NCBI GenBank assembly: GCA_003152105.1
Contig: PLZJ01000002.1
Span: forward strand, 6,188 to 70,187
Length of the DNA: 64,000 bases
Direction of reading: 5' to 3'
Origin: Candidatus Levyibacteriota bacterium
GTDB lineage: Bacteria > Patescibacteriota > Microgenomatia > Levybacterales > UBA12049
The position numbers and the translations under genes are program-made. This document shows positions 11,919 through 22,276 of the stretch, piece after piece (the first letter of the stretch is position 1; the number at the start of each line of letters is the position of its first letter). Below the pieces are notes generated by a model. It searched no databases, was not told the DNA's origin, and saw nothing but the letters and a program-made list of their open reading frames with translations.

Positions 11919-12716
11919 ATGTTATTGTTGGAAATTTATACCATCCTACTTGGTTGTATTTTTGTAGTATTTTCTTACTTTATGCTCAAAGAGGAAGAAA
12001 AAACTAAAAGATTGTCCAAGGAGAAAGAACGATTTACCTATATGATGGTACATGAACTCAGGGCGCCATTAGTTTCTCTTAAAGATGCTTCTAAAATACT
12101 TCAAACCCAGAAAAATAAAACTGAAAGAGATAAGCTATTAACGATAATAAACGAACAAGCACAAATGCTACTTGACGAGATAGGTGAACTACTTGATGCT
12201 GCAAAACTTGAAAGCGGCAAGCTAACTATTCAGAAAGTCTCAAGCGACATGAGAAAATTAGTCGAGGATAGAATAGCCATTTATAAGCCTATGGCACAAG
12301 AAAAAGATATTAAGTTTAATACTGCATATGACGAGAACTTACCACTCGTAGACCTAGATCCAATCAGGATTACACAGGTATTTAACAATCTTATATCTAA
12401 TAGCCTTAAATTCACTCCAAAAGGAGGAAAAATATCAATATCTGTAAGTAAGAAAGCTATTCAGGAAGGCAATAAACCAATGCTTTTAGTTTCAGTTACA
12501 GATACGGGAATTGGCATTGCGAAAGATAAGCAAGATGCATTATTCTCTCAATTCGTTCAAGTTGCCTCAGATAACAATAAAGATTCCAGATCTTCAGGAA
12601 GCGGACTAGGCTTATATGTTGTAAAGGGAATCATTCAAGCTCATGGTGGTAAGATTTGGATTGAATCAGATGAAAATCAAGGTACCACAATTACATTTAG
12701 CCTACCCCTCTCATAG
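11919..12716 (+). CDS. Sensor histidine kinase (TM + HisKA + HATPase_c)
   Basis: H-box 'MMVHELRAPL', N-box 'FNNLISNSLKFT', G-boxes 'DTGIGI' and 'GSGLGLYVVKGI'. Adjacent to the receiver gene. Confidence 0.8.
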   Translation: MLLLEIYTILLGCIFVVFSYFMLKEEEKTKRLSKEKERFTYMMVHELRAPLVSLKDASKILQTQKNKTERDKLLTIINEQAQMLLDEIGELLDAAKLESGKLTIQKVSSDMRKLVEDRIAIYKPMAQEKDIKFNTAYDENLPLVDLDPIRITQVFNNLISNSLKFTPKGGKISISVSKKAIQEGNKPMLLVSVTDTGIGIAKDKQDALFSQFVQVASDNNKDSRSSGSGLGLYVVKGIIQAHGGKIWIESDENQGTTITFSLPLS

Positions 12717-12861
12717 CAAAATTAGCACTATTTAATTTCATTTGCTACATATTATTTAGCTTATTAAAACGTAGTAAACACTAAATTATGAACATACCCA
12801 TTGTTATTTATTTTATCGAACTATGTAGAATAAGTATTCAGCAGCATTTTGAGTAATTAAA

Positions 12862-15381
12862 TCAAGAAGATTTTTTGGTTACAAAATTCATCGCTTTACC
12901 AGGTATATAGATAACCTTCTCGATACTTTCATCACCTATAAATTTAATAATCTTTTCCTGAGCTAATGCAACTTTCTGAATTTCTTTTTCATTATTACGC
13001 ATATTATTCTCAATACTGATAATATCTCTAAACTTATTATTGACTTGTATAGCTATATCTATCTTCTCTTCGCTCAAGAAAGTCTTTTGCACTTTAGGCC
13101 ATGACTGACTATGAATTGATGAAAACGATAGCTGATTTGGGTGCAGTAATTGCCATAATTCTTCGCTTAAATGCGGAGTAAATGGAGCCAACATTAATAA
13201 TAATACTTCAGCTACCTCTAGGCTAATTCCATCTTTTGATGAAAAATGATTATAAAACATCATAATTTTTGCAATTGCAGTATTAAACTTCAAATCAGTT
13301 AAATCCTTGGTTACACCATTAATTGAGCCATACATAAATGATTTATCAGTATTAGAGGTTAGAGTGCTAACATTTACTTTAGTTGTTAATAATGTCCAAA
13401 CACGCTTTACGAATCTATGCATACCTTCAATCCCAGTATCTCGAAAATCTCCCCCTTGATTATATGGTCCGATAAACATTAGGTATATTCTAAGCGTGTC
13501 TGCACCAAATTTCTTTATATATTCATCAGGTATTACAACGTTTCCTTTACTTTTACTCATTTTCCGACCATCTTTAATTAATAAGCCATGAGCGTAAAAT
13601 CTAGTAAATGGTTCTTCAAACTCAATTACTTTCTGGTCATGAAGAAACATAGTTATAAAACGTGAATAAAGTAGATGAAGCACTGAATGTTCTGCTCCTC
13701 CAATATACATATTGACGGGTAGCCATTTTTTTGTAATATCTATATTTAACAAATACTTTTCTTCAGTTAAGGATGGGTAACGAAAAAAATACCAAGAGCT
13801 ATCTAAAAACGTATCGGAAACGTCTGTTTCTCGTCTTGCAACGGCACCACAATTTGGACATCTAGCCTCAACAAATTCCTTATTTAACGAAAGTGGAGAT
13901 TTACCAGTACCAAGAGGTTTATAATTTTTAATATAAGGCAATACTACAGGCAAAGAGTCCTCAGGATACCAACCGGATGCATCCCAATTAGCCACAATAT
14001 TATTTTCACTAAACCAACTCTTCGCTTCATTCTTGCAATTTTCACAAAAAATCATTGGGATTGGACATCCCCAATATCTTTGTCTTGATATCAACCAGTC
14101 TCGAAGATGATATGCAACTTGCCATCTAGCAATACCACTTTTTATCAATACTTCTGCCATTATCTCTTTATCTTTACCAATTGATTGTCTACCAGTAAAC
14201 TCACCTGAGTTTATTAATATTCCTTTTCCTTCAAATGAAGTTTCACGATTTTCTATTTTCCTATTAATAGCTTCATCTTCATATTTCACAACTTGAATAA
14301 TCGGCAGTTCGTATTTAATTGCAAAATCGAAGTCTCTTGCATCATGCGCTGGCACTCCCATTACCGCACCGGTACCTACATCCATCATTACATAATCTGC
14401 AATCCATACTGGAATTTTATTCTTATTTACTGGATTTACTGCATAAATGCCTGTAAATATTCCGCTTTTATCTTTGTCCTCAGTACTTCTTTCAACTGTG
14501 GTCTTAATTAGCGATTGGTTAACATAATTGCTAACATCTTTTTGGATTGAATTAGGAACCAAATCCTTAATTTTGGTGTAGTATTCTGGTGCAACAACTA
14601 AAAATATGACCCCATGTATCGTTTCCCAATACTTTGTCCATACAGGAATTTCGAATGTACTATTTTCTACTTTAAAAACAATCTCAAGCCCCTTCGATTT
14701 TCCAATCCACTGTTTTTGTGCAGTTTTGACTTTATCGCTCCAATTCAAATTTTCGATATTATTAAGTAACTTATCAGAATATTTAGTTATATGAAGAAAC
14801 CATTGCTCAAGCTGCTTTTTTGTAACATCAGCACCGCAACGCTCACATTTTGCTTCAATTACCTGTTCATCAGCAAGTACTGTCTTGCATGACGGACAAT
14901 AATTGACAAGTTGGGATTTTCTATATGCCAATCCTTTTTTAAATAATTCAACAAATAGCCATTGTGTCCATTTATAGTATTCAGGCTTATAAGTTTCGAT
15001 CGTCTTCGACCAGTCGGTAGCTAATCCGATTGCATGCATTTGCTTATAAAAATTCTTTTCGGTAATTTTAGAATATTCCATTGGATTTTCACCAATTTTA
15101 AGCGCAAAATTTTCAGCATGTATCCCAAAACCATCTAATCCAACAGGCTCAAAAACGTCAAATTCATTCATTCTCATGAATCTTCCATAAATATCTACGC
15201 CAGTTTGAGCATACATGTTACCAACATGCAAACCTTCAGCAGAAGGATAGGGAAACATCATCAGATTGTAGAATGGCTTTTTCGCAGATTTTAAATCAAC
15301 CTCATATATCTTGCTTTCAACCCATTTATCCTGCCATTTTTTTTCAATTTTATCGGGCTTATACCCATTTATATTTTTCAT
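12862..15381 (-). CDS. leuS: Leucine--tRNA ligase
   Basis: 'PYPSAEGLHVGN' (HIGH-type), 'KMSKSKGN', CP1 editing domain length. 839 aa. Confidence 0.95.
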   Translation of the reverse strand: MKNINGYKPDKIEKKWQDKWVESKIYEVDLKSAKKPFYNLMMFPYPSAEGLHVGNMYAQTGVDIYGRFMRMNEFDVFEPVGLDGFGIHAENFALKIGENPMEYSKITEKNFYKQMHAIGLATDWSKTIETYKPEYYKWTQWLFVELFKKGLAYRKSQLVNYCPSCKTVLADEQVIEAKCERCGADVTKKQLEQWFLHITKYSDKLLNNIENLNWSDKVKTAQKQWIGKSKGLEIVFKVENSTFEIPVWTKYWETIHGVIFLVVAPEYYTKIKDLVPNSIQKDVSNYVNQSLIKTTVERSTEDKDKSGIFTGIYAVNPVNKNKIPVWIADYVMMDVGTGAVMGVPAHDARDFDFAIKYELPIIQVVKYEDEAINRKIENRETSFEGKGILINSGEFTGRQSIGKDKEIMAEVLIKSGIARWQVAYHLRDWLISRQRYWGCPIPMIFCENCKNEAKSWFSENNIVANWDASGWYPEDSLPVVLPYIKNYKPLGTGKSPLSLNKEFVEARCPNCGAVARRETDVSDTFLDSSWYFFRYPSLTEEKYLLNIDITKKWLPVNMYIGGAEHSVLHLLYSRFITMFLHDQKVIEFEEPFTRFYAHGLLIKDGRKMSKSKGNVVIPDEYIKKFGADTLRIYLMFIGPYNQGGDFRDTGIEGMHRFVKRVWTLLTTKVNVSTLTSNTDKSFMYGSINGVTKDLTDLKFNTAIAKIMMFYNHFSSKDGISLEVAEVLLLMLAPFTPHLSEELWQLLHPNQLSFSSIHSQSWPKVQKTFLSEEKIDIAIQVNNKFRDIISIENNMRNNEKEIQKVALAQEKIIKFIGDESIEKVIYIPGKAMNFVTKKSS

Positions 15382-15455
15382 CAGAGTTATTATACGAGCT
15401 TCTTATACTATTGTACAGAGATGCAATTCGCTATGTATTTGTGTACAATATTTGT

Positions 15456-16094
15456 ATGACGTTTATAAAACAAAGTGTGTACTTATTTCTACCTTTTCTA
15501 GCAGCCTATTTATGGCAAATAAGCCCAGCATCTAACTATACCTTGGAAGTAATAGCACTATTGATAGCCATATATCTTATTATTTCAGCCAGGAAGCGCT
15601 TCAAAAATGGAACTATTTTTTTTGGCGGAACCATAGACGTTCTTATTTTTACACTTATAATACTTTTAATTGTTCTTGCCACAGGAAATTATTCATCAGG
15701 TGTGTTTTTTTTATTATATTTTATTTGTTTTGGTATTTCTTTTGTATTTGAACCTATTCAAGTATTTGTGTTTGTTATATACACCGCAGCACTCTTTACA
15801 GCACTCCAGTATACGCAAACAGACTATATTACTAGTAATTTTCTTAAGCTTGGCTCTCTATTCCTAATTGCACCTCTATCTTTCTTTTTTGGACGTGAAT
15901 TAAAGCAAGAAGAAAAAGAAATATCCGAACTTGAGGCAATGGACGAGAGAAATCAGGATAGTGCGAATGTTATATCTAAAAATATTTCGGAAGTTATTGA
16001 AAATGAGAAAAGCACTATTAAATCAAAAGATGTAGAAAAACTCAATGAAGTCTTGGAAGAAAGCGAAACACTTCGTGAAAAACCAGATTTATAA
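15456..16094 (+). CDS. Hypothetical polytopic membrane protein with an acidic coiled C-terminus. The ORF-track start at 15273 overlaps the leuS 5' end, so the internal Met at 15456 is more plausible.
   Basis: Several hydrophobic segments. C-terminal E/K-rich tail. No recognisable family. Confidence 0.3.
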   Translation: MTFIKQSVYLFLPFLAAYLWQISPASNYTLEVIALLIAIYLIISARKRFKNGTIFFGGTIDVLIFTLIILLIVLATGNYSSGVFFLLYFICFGISFVFEPIQVFVFVIYTAALFTALQYTQTDYITSNFLKLGSLFLIAPLSFFFGRELKQEEKEISELEAMDERNQDSANVISKNISEVIENEKSTIKSKDVEKLNEVLEESETLREKPDL

Positions 16095-16857
16095 TACTAA
16101 ATGTATGCTCAGAGCTGCGATTTTATTTTCCCTCATTTTATTATTTTTTTTGTCTAGTGTATTTGAATCTGTGAATGCTTTAACTATGTCAGATAGTAAT
16201 TATGTCTTAGAACTTGGAACATTAAACAGCGGTGCGGGGATATCAACGAGTAGCAATAATAAACTAAATATTTCACTAGGACAACTTGGACCGGGATTTT
16301 CAACAAGCTCAAACTTTCAACTAAAGGCAGGTTTTCAGTATATATATTCGATTATTCCTTTCACTTTTTCTATAGATAATACACTTATTGATTTTGGGAT
16401 TGTTTCTCCTACTTTTCCAGTTACACGATCTAATAATTTAACTGTTGGAAATGGATCAGCTAACGGCTACCAGGTAACGGCTTACGAAGACCATCAACTT
16501 CTATATGCCCCATCTGGGGCATTTATCCCAAATACCACTTGTGATGCTGCAAGCTGCAATACAATTACAGCTGGGAGCTGGACAAGTTCGACAACCTATG
16601 GATTTGGCTATAACTGTATTAACTCAGAAACCCCCACAAGATGTGGAAGTGGATTTGCAACTAGCTCAACCATTTTTAAGTCTTTTGCGGATAATTCATT
16701 AAGCCAAACTCCTCAAATCGTTATGCAGGCTACCACATCTAATACTGCTACATCGAGCGCATCTGTACAAATCACCTATAAATTGAATATTTCTGGGACT
16801 CAAACTGCCGGAGTTTATAAGAATAATATCTATTATGTTGCTACACCATTATATTAA
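16045..16857 (+). CDS. Secreted surface protein with a WxL-like C-terminal region (Tyr-for-Trp variant). An alternative start at 16105 gives a clean signal peptide.
   Basis: Signal peptide. N-terminal triple 'S.NY.L' repeat. C-terminus '...TAGVYKNNIYYVATPLY' resembles the WxL-domain end (AG.Y.G.L.W.L..P). Paralog of the 17947, 58564 and 59734 proteins. Confidence 0.45.
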   Translation: MKSWKKAKHFVKNQIYNTKCMLRAAILFSLILLFFLSSVFESVNALTMSDSNYVLELGTLNSGAGISTSSNNKLNISLGQLGPGFSTSSNFQLKAGFQYIYSIIPFTFSIDNTLIDFGIVSPTFPVTRSNNLTVGNGSANGYQVTAYEDHQLLYAPSGAFIPNTTCDAASCNTITAGSWTSSTTYGFGYNCINSETPTRCGSGFATSSTIFKSFADNSLSQTPQIVMQATTSNTATSSASVQITYKLNISGTQTAGVYKNNIYYVATPLY

Positions 16858-16858
16858 T

Positions 16859-17875
16859 ATGAAACATATATTTAAGCCTATATTTACAAGCAAAAATATA
16901 CTTATCAATTGCTCATTTTTACTGCTAATTTTGACTTTTTTTTATTTTCCAAGCCTTACACAAGCAGCCTCTTTAGGTCTTGGTATATATCCTCCAGTAA
17001 TCTCTATTCAAGCTAAACCTCCAGTTCATATCTCTACCCCACTTACCATAATAAATGAAACTAACAATTCTATTACTGCTCAAATTAGCTATAAATTATT
17101 CACAGCGGGATCAAATCAAAACGGTGAATTAACGTTTTTACCCGAAAAAAATCTCCCTTATCCAGATCAATTATTATTTAAAAAAGTAAAAATTTATGAA
17201 AATAATAATGCAATTAATACAATAACCCTTGATCCTAACCAGCAAAAAAAATTAAATTTAGATATTACACTACCTAAAAACGAAGCTTTAGGAGATTACT
17301 ACTTTAGTATTATTTTTGCTTCGACAAGTACGGCAACTATAGACAAAACCTCGCTTGGCGCAATAGGTGGAATTGGAACAAATGTACTATTATCAATTGG
17401 ACCAAAAGGAAAAGCACAAGGAAGAATACAGCAATTCTCCACACCTCAATTTATTAATTCAGGACCCGTACCCTTTATTTTACTTGTCAATAATACGGGC
17501 AGTCATATTATCAATCCTCAAGGCTTTATTACTATTACAAATATGTTTAATCAAACAATAGGTAAGGTTACATTATTACCGGTAAATATCCTGGAGCATT
17601 CAGTAAGAGCAATACCAGATAGTACAAATTCACAAGAAGTCCCAGTAGCAAATCCATTCTTACCAGATATACCTATTGCAGTTTGGCCAGAACATTTTTT
17701 ACTTGGTCCGTATACAGCTACGGTGCAACTTTCATTATCGGAAAATGGACCTATCATCAAAAATACGACTCATTTTTTCGCGTTCCCAATAATTTTCCTT
17801 ATTTTTATATTTTTTGTAATAATAATTTCTGTAATTATTTTTCTGCGTGTGAAAAGTCATATAAATCGAGGCTAG
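16859..17875 (+). CDS. DUF916/DUF3324-like (WxL-interacting-protein-like) cell-surface protein with a C-terminal TM anchor
   Basis: Signal peptide, beta-rich body, 'HFFAFP' then TM then basic tail (RVKSHINRG). The ORF-track start at 16835 overlaps the upstream gene; ATG 16859 follows its stop directly. Confidence 0.45.
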   Translation: MKHIFKPIFTSKNILINCSFLLLILTFFYFPSLTQAASLGLGIYPPVISIQAKPPVHISTPLTIINETNNSITAQISYKLFTAGSNQNGELTFLPEKNLPYPDQLLFKKVKIYENNNAINTITLDPNQQKKLNLDITLPKNEALGDYYFSIIFASTSTATIDKTSLGAIGGIGTNVLLSIGPKGKAQGRIQQFSTPQFINSGPVPFILLVNNTGSHIINPQGFITITNMFNQTIGKVTLLPVNILEHSVRAIPDSTNSQEVPVANPFLPDIPIAVWPEHFLLGPYTATVQLSLSENGPIIKNTTHFFAFPIIFLIFIFFVIIISVIIFLRVKSHINRG

Positions 17876-17946
17876 CATCTTATTTTTTGCGCTATTGACA
17901 AGCTTGCATCCTTTATGAAATTATATAATAGATTATATTAAACTTA

Positions 17947-19416
17947 ATGAAAAAACTGCCGATAAGTATTAGTATTTATTTTCTTGTGTATTTGGTGCTT
18001 ACTTCATTTAGTGGTCTTCTAACAATAAATCAGGCACACGCTTCTGCCGGTAACGCACTATCCCAAGCAAGTGATACCATCTCAACTTCTCGACCTTCTG
18101 CATCTTCTCCTATTAATGACGCAGGTAACGGAACGCTTTCTTCAGCAACCAGTACTGTTATATACAACAATGGTTCTCGTTTCTTAGCATCTGACTCAGC
18201 AAAACTTGCAGTTAATAAATCAACATGGGGATTTTCTCAAACAGGACTCTCTATTGCCTCGCAATCTGCAGATCTTAAAACAGTATATTTTTCAGGACAA
18301 GCAGGATCTCTTCTTCCAAATGGCTATGGTACGTTAATAAACGCAGTAACTGCCTCCCACGTCATATCATTTAAAACAGTCAGTACGATTCCCCTACAAG
18401 GAAAAGTTGTTATCACCTTCCCATCTCTTTCAGCAAATGATACACAAAATGCAGCATCACCTTCTGCAACAACATTTCAGTTCAATGGACTAGCAAGTTC
18501 TGGAGTAACGATTAATAGTGGCAGCGGTATGATTTGGGGGCTATGCACCATTGCAGCACCTGTTATTACCTGTCCTCTTGTTAACGGATCAACAGTTCCG
18601 GGAAATTCAACTATTACCGTTACCATTGGTACTGCATCAGCAACACTTATCAATCCAACCAAATCAGCTGTTGCGGGAACTGCAGATAAATGGAAGATCG
18701 GACTCCAAACACAAGATAGTAGCAATAATACCCTTGATGGTCCTACAAACGTCGTAGTTGGAACAGTTGAAGCAGTAAGTGTTAATGCAACCATCGACTC
18801 TACCATGACGTTTACTATCTCCTCTGCAACTTCTTCAGCATGCGGTGATCCTTTAACAGCAGGACTTGTTACTCCTTCTTCAACGAGCGTAGATCTTGGT
18901 ATTATTACTTCTTCTGTTACTAATCAGGCACAACTGTTAACAGTTACCACAAATGCGGCAAATGGGTATTCAATTACAGCAACATCTTCTGGTCATTTAA
19001 TTAATGCGGCAAATGGTAGCTACTTCCCAGATGCTAACCAAGGAAATAGTGCTAATGGAAATTCACTCAGTAGTAATACAGCACCTGCACCGCTTCCTAT
19101 CTATGCAGGACAATCAGCATTTGGCATACATCCTTGTACTGCATTCCCTGTAGGAAGTGGTAATGCGTCAGTAAACACTATATTTAGTAGTAGTTCTACT
19201 AATCAAGGACAGGGCGGAGGACTCAATAATTATTATGCAAATCCATGGAATAACAATGGGAATTCATTTGCTATGCAATTATCAAGTTATGGCTCACAGC
19301 CAACAGGAACAGGCGCACAACAAACATGGGTAGAATATGGAGCTACCGCTGCCCCATCTCTTCCAGCAGGTGTTTATAGCAATTACTATACATATGTTGC
19401 AACACCAACCTTTTAG
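17947..19416 (+). CDS. Secreted surface protein, WxL-like C-terminus (paralog of the 16045 protein)
   Basis: Signal peptide. Ser/Thr-rich. C-terminus '...PAGVYSNYYTYVATPTF' parallels the 16045 protein end. Confidence 0.45.
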   Translation: MKKLPISISIYFLVYLVLTSFSGLLTINQAHASAGNALSQASDTISTSRPSASSPINDAGNGTLSSATSTVIYNNGSRFLASDSAKLAVNKSTWGFSQTGLSIASQSADLKTVYFSGQAGSLLPNGYGTLINAVTASHVISFKTVSTIPLQGKVVITFPSLSANDTQNAASPSATTFQFNGLASSGVTINSGSGMIWGLCTIAAPVITCPLVNGSTVPGNSTITVTIGTASATLINPTKSAVAGTADKWKIGLQTQDSSNNTLDGPTNVVVGTVEAVSVNATIDSTMTFTISSATSSACGDPLTAGLVTPSSTSVDLGIITSSVTNQAQLLTVTTNAANGYSITATSSGHLINAANGSYFPDANQGNSANGNSLSSNTAPAPLPIYAGQSAFGIHPCTAFPVGSGNASVNTIFSSSSTNQGQGGGLNNYYANPWNNNGNSFAMQLSSYGSQPTGTGAQQTWVEYGATAAPSLPAGVYSNYYTYVATPTF

Positions 19417-19431
19417 TGTATATAATAAATT

Positions 19432-20451
19432 ATGAAGCATATTATACTTAAGAATTACAAAAAGAAAAAATACGCATATCCAGCAACTCTAGCTGTAGTA
19501 AGTCTGTCATTATTAACAATGGTCGGGATTAAATATGCACATGCACAACAGGCAATTACGTTTACGATCAGTCCACCAGTTATTAATGCGACCCTAAACC
19601 CAGGCGATAAAAGTGAAGGTGTTATGAAAATAATAAATGACACTAACCAAACGCAAAATTATACTGTTTCCGTACAAGACTTTATTGTTGATAATTCTCA
19701 GGGTATACCACATATACTACCACCTGACACATTACCTCAAAAATACTCTGCTGCTTCATGGATTGGCGTAGATAATCCAAGTCTATCAGTACCTGCTCAT
19801 ACTCGTGTAACATTTAACTATTTTATCCAAACACCGGCAAATGCACGCCCGGGAGGTCACTACGCAGCTGCATTAATAGGTCCTGATACATCTAGCACGC
19901 TTAGCAACTCAGGAACAGGAGTTTCAGGTAAAATAGGCACACTTTTTTATATTGATATAAATGGAAATATTGTAGAACACGCAGACGTAGCTGCGTTCCA
20001 AGCAAACGGCTTTCAAGAATATGGACCAGTAACCATAAATACTCTTATTAGAAACCAAGGTGATCTTCATATTACTCCGCTGGGTACTATAACTCTTAAA
20101 GATATGTTAGGCAGAGTTGTTGCAACGGAAAAACTGGATCAACATAATATTTTTCCTGGAGGGATAGCAAGAGCTTATCAAAATGTTTTTGGACAAAATC
20201 AATTTATGATTGGTCCTTATACTGCAAAATTAGCAGCAACCTATGGAAGAAATAATAATTTACCTTTAGTAGCAACATTAACATTCTGGGTATTTCCTTG
20301 GAAAGTAGTAACACTTGTCATATTAATACTCATCGCCTTGATACTTGCTGTAAAAGTATTAAGAAGCAGAAAAGGAAAACCACCAGTTGAACACCATGAA
20401 GAGGAAGATAAAAAAGTAACAGAAACTCCAGTCGAAACACCTAAAGCATAG
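19432..20451 (+). CDS. DUF916/DUF3324-like cell-surface protein, C-terminal TM anchor plus charged tail
   Basis: 'ITFTISPPVINATLNPGDKSEGVMKIIN' matches the DUF916 N-terminal pattern. 'TFWVFPWK' then TM then RSRKGK. Confidence 0.5.
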   Translation: MKHIILKNYKKKKYAYPATLAVVSLSLLTMVGIKYAHAQQAITFTISPPVINATLNPGDKSEGVMKIINDTNQTQNYTVSVQDFIVDNSQGIPHILPPDTLPQKYSAASWIGVDNPSLSVPAHTRVTFNYFIQTPANARPGGHYAAALIGPDTSSTLSNSGTGVSGKIGTLFYIDINGNIVEHADVAAFQANGFQEYGPVTINTLIRNQGDLHITPLGTITLKDMLGRVVATEKLDQHNIFPGGIARAYQNVFGQNQFMIGPYTAKLAATYGRNNNLPLVATLTFWVFPWKVVTLVILILIALILAVKVLRSRKGKPPVEHHEEEDKKVTETPVETPKA

Positions 20452-20526
20452 GTATTCCCCTAACCTGAGACAATTAATACTCCGTTTTCTAAATACCAAG
20501 AAAATATAAAGATATCAAACTATATA

Positions 20527-21423
20527 TTAATATCCTACAAACCAGAAGTGATGAAGCCGTTTATCTTTTTTCTTGATAAACGTAAACGCAAACGGACTAA
20601 GAAGCTTTGCAAGTAGGCTTGGATAGGCACTTCTTAACAAGAATGATATTATTATCAATAAAGGCACTCCTGCCCATAAAGTTCCAATTGGGGAGCTTAC
20701 AAATGGTTGCATAACATCATTTAGCACTTGATAAAAAGATGCGGTTGCCGTATTTGTGATCGTTTGAGGTAAACTAAGAACATTAAAAGATAAGAATTTT
20801 AAAGGTTTTATTGAGTTAACGCTATTTAAAGTTGCAGTAACATAAGCTTGATAACTTCCAGCAATTAAATCATTAAATGTATAAGAATAATAACCTGTCT
20901 TATTAGCATTGGTTGAATACGTTTTATTATTGCTTAGATGAATCAAAATCGATGCGTAAGGCATTGAATATCCTTGTATAACCTCTTGTTGGCCCGTATT
21001 AATCTGGGCGCTTTTTAGAGCCATTGTAGGAGGCAGGAAGAGGTTATTTATAGTTATGTTACCAATTATCGGAGTTACGGAAATACAGGAATAAGACTCA
21101 CCTATTCTTTCATAGTCATGTGCATCGAAACATACCTGGGTAACTCCACTTTGTACTTGAACAGCAGTAAAAGAAAAATTACCATACTGATCAGCAACTA
21201 CGTTTCTAAGTGGATAGTTATTAATTAACAAATCAATGCTTGCAAAAGGAGAAATATAACCAGACAAATTAATATACAAAAGCTGGTTGCCCACTTGTGC
21301 GCTTACTGAAGATGTTCCAGATTGCGTTAACCCATCTGTTTGAGCGAAAACAGAACTACCTAAATTAAATGAATAAAAATAAAGAAAAACAAAACAATAA
21401 ATAATTAAATTTTTTATTTTCAC
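20527..21423 (-). CDS. Hypothetical secreted protein with a C-terminal hydrophobic segment
   Basis: Signal peptide, Ser/Thr/Asn-rich body, C-terminal TM-like stretch plus KKKDKR. Confidence 0.35.
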   Translation of the reverse strand: MKIKNLIIYCFVFLYFYSFNLGSSVFAQTDGLTQSGTSSVSAQVGNQLLYINLSGYISPFASIDLLINNYPLRNVVADQYGNFSFTAVQVQSGVTQVCFDAHDYERIGESYSCISVTPIIGNITINNLFLPPTMALKSAQINTGQQEVIQGYSMPYASILIHLSNNKTYSTNANKTGYYSYTFNDLIAGSYQAYVTATLNSVNSIKPLKFLSFNVLSLPQTITNTATASFYQVLNDVMQPFVSSPIGTLWAGVPLLIIISFLLRSAYPSLLAKLLSPFAFTFIKKKDKRLHHFWFVGY

Positions 21424-22094
21424 TAATTAATAGTATACTATTATCACTAAATTGTTCAACGCTATTAATATCTAGGTAAAATGCTTAGAAAAGGTAATCT
21501 TGAAACATTTAAAAGATAAAAGAGGCTAAAATAATTTAAAAAGTTGTATTGAAATTGAAAGTAAATAGTAATTAACATTTAAATTCAGTTAAATTATATA
21601 TAAACGGAAATAAGTTAGTTTAGGTTATTAATATAATATAAACTAATTAAAAATTATTACTATCACTTTAAATCCTTAACTGCCAATTTCATATTATTAT
21701 AAACCTATAGCCATAAAATTCCCACTTTAAATATTGCATAAAATCAAGCCTAAAATTCCTTATTAGTTCGTATTTAGTTCTAAATCTTAGCTTTAATAAA
21801 TAAAATACGAACACTGAACTCAGATATTGTGAAATACTTGAAAGAGTGTTGAAGCTGATAAAATATATGTTATAGGTTGCTGATATTCTTTGATGTATTA
21901 AGATCGAATAAAAATAAGAAAATAAGTCGAATATATATAATAAAATCTGCTAATTTCATGGCTTGAAGCTTGTAAAGTTTAATATATTAATATATTACTT
22001 AGTATATCAAATTCCTCTACTCTAGGTTCTTGACAAGCATAGTTGAATTTCTTTATTCTTAATAGTAGATATATTTATCTATGCATTTATTTTT

Positions 22095-22121
22095 ACGTAT
22101 AATCCGTATAATCCGTATAAT
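22095..22121 (+). repeat. Three tandem copies of the 9-mer GTATAATCC (each containing TATAAT) in the AT-rich region upstream of the giant gene
   Basis: 'cgtataatccgtataatccgtataatc' read directly. ~155 nt upstream of ATG 22277. Confidence 0.5.
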
Positions 22122-22276
22122 CTTGAAGCTAGAGGGCTCTTTTAGCCTTAATACGCTTCGTGAATTTAAATACCTACTTAGTTTACTCAAAAAGAAATTT
22201 AGCACACACTGTTTTCACAAATTTTCACATGCTCAAATCGCAAACTCAAATATTATTACTTATCTAAACACTGCCC

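Noticed and set aside
14293-14794. Two short + strand ORFs (72 and 62 aa)
   Set aside because: Antisense inside leuS.
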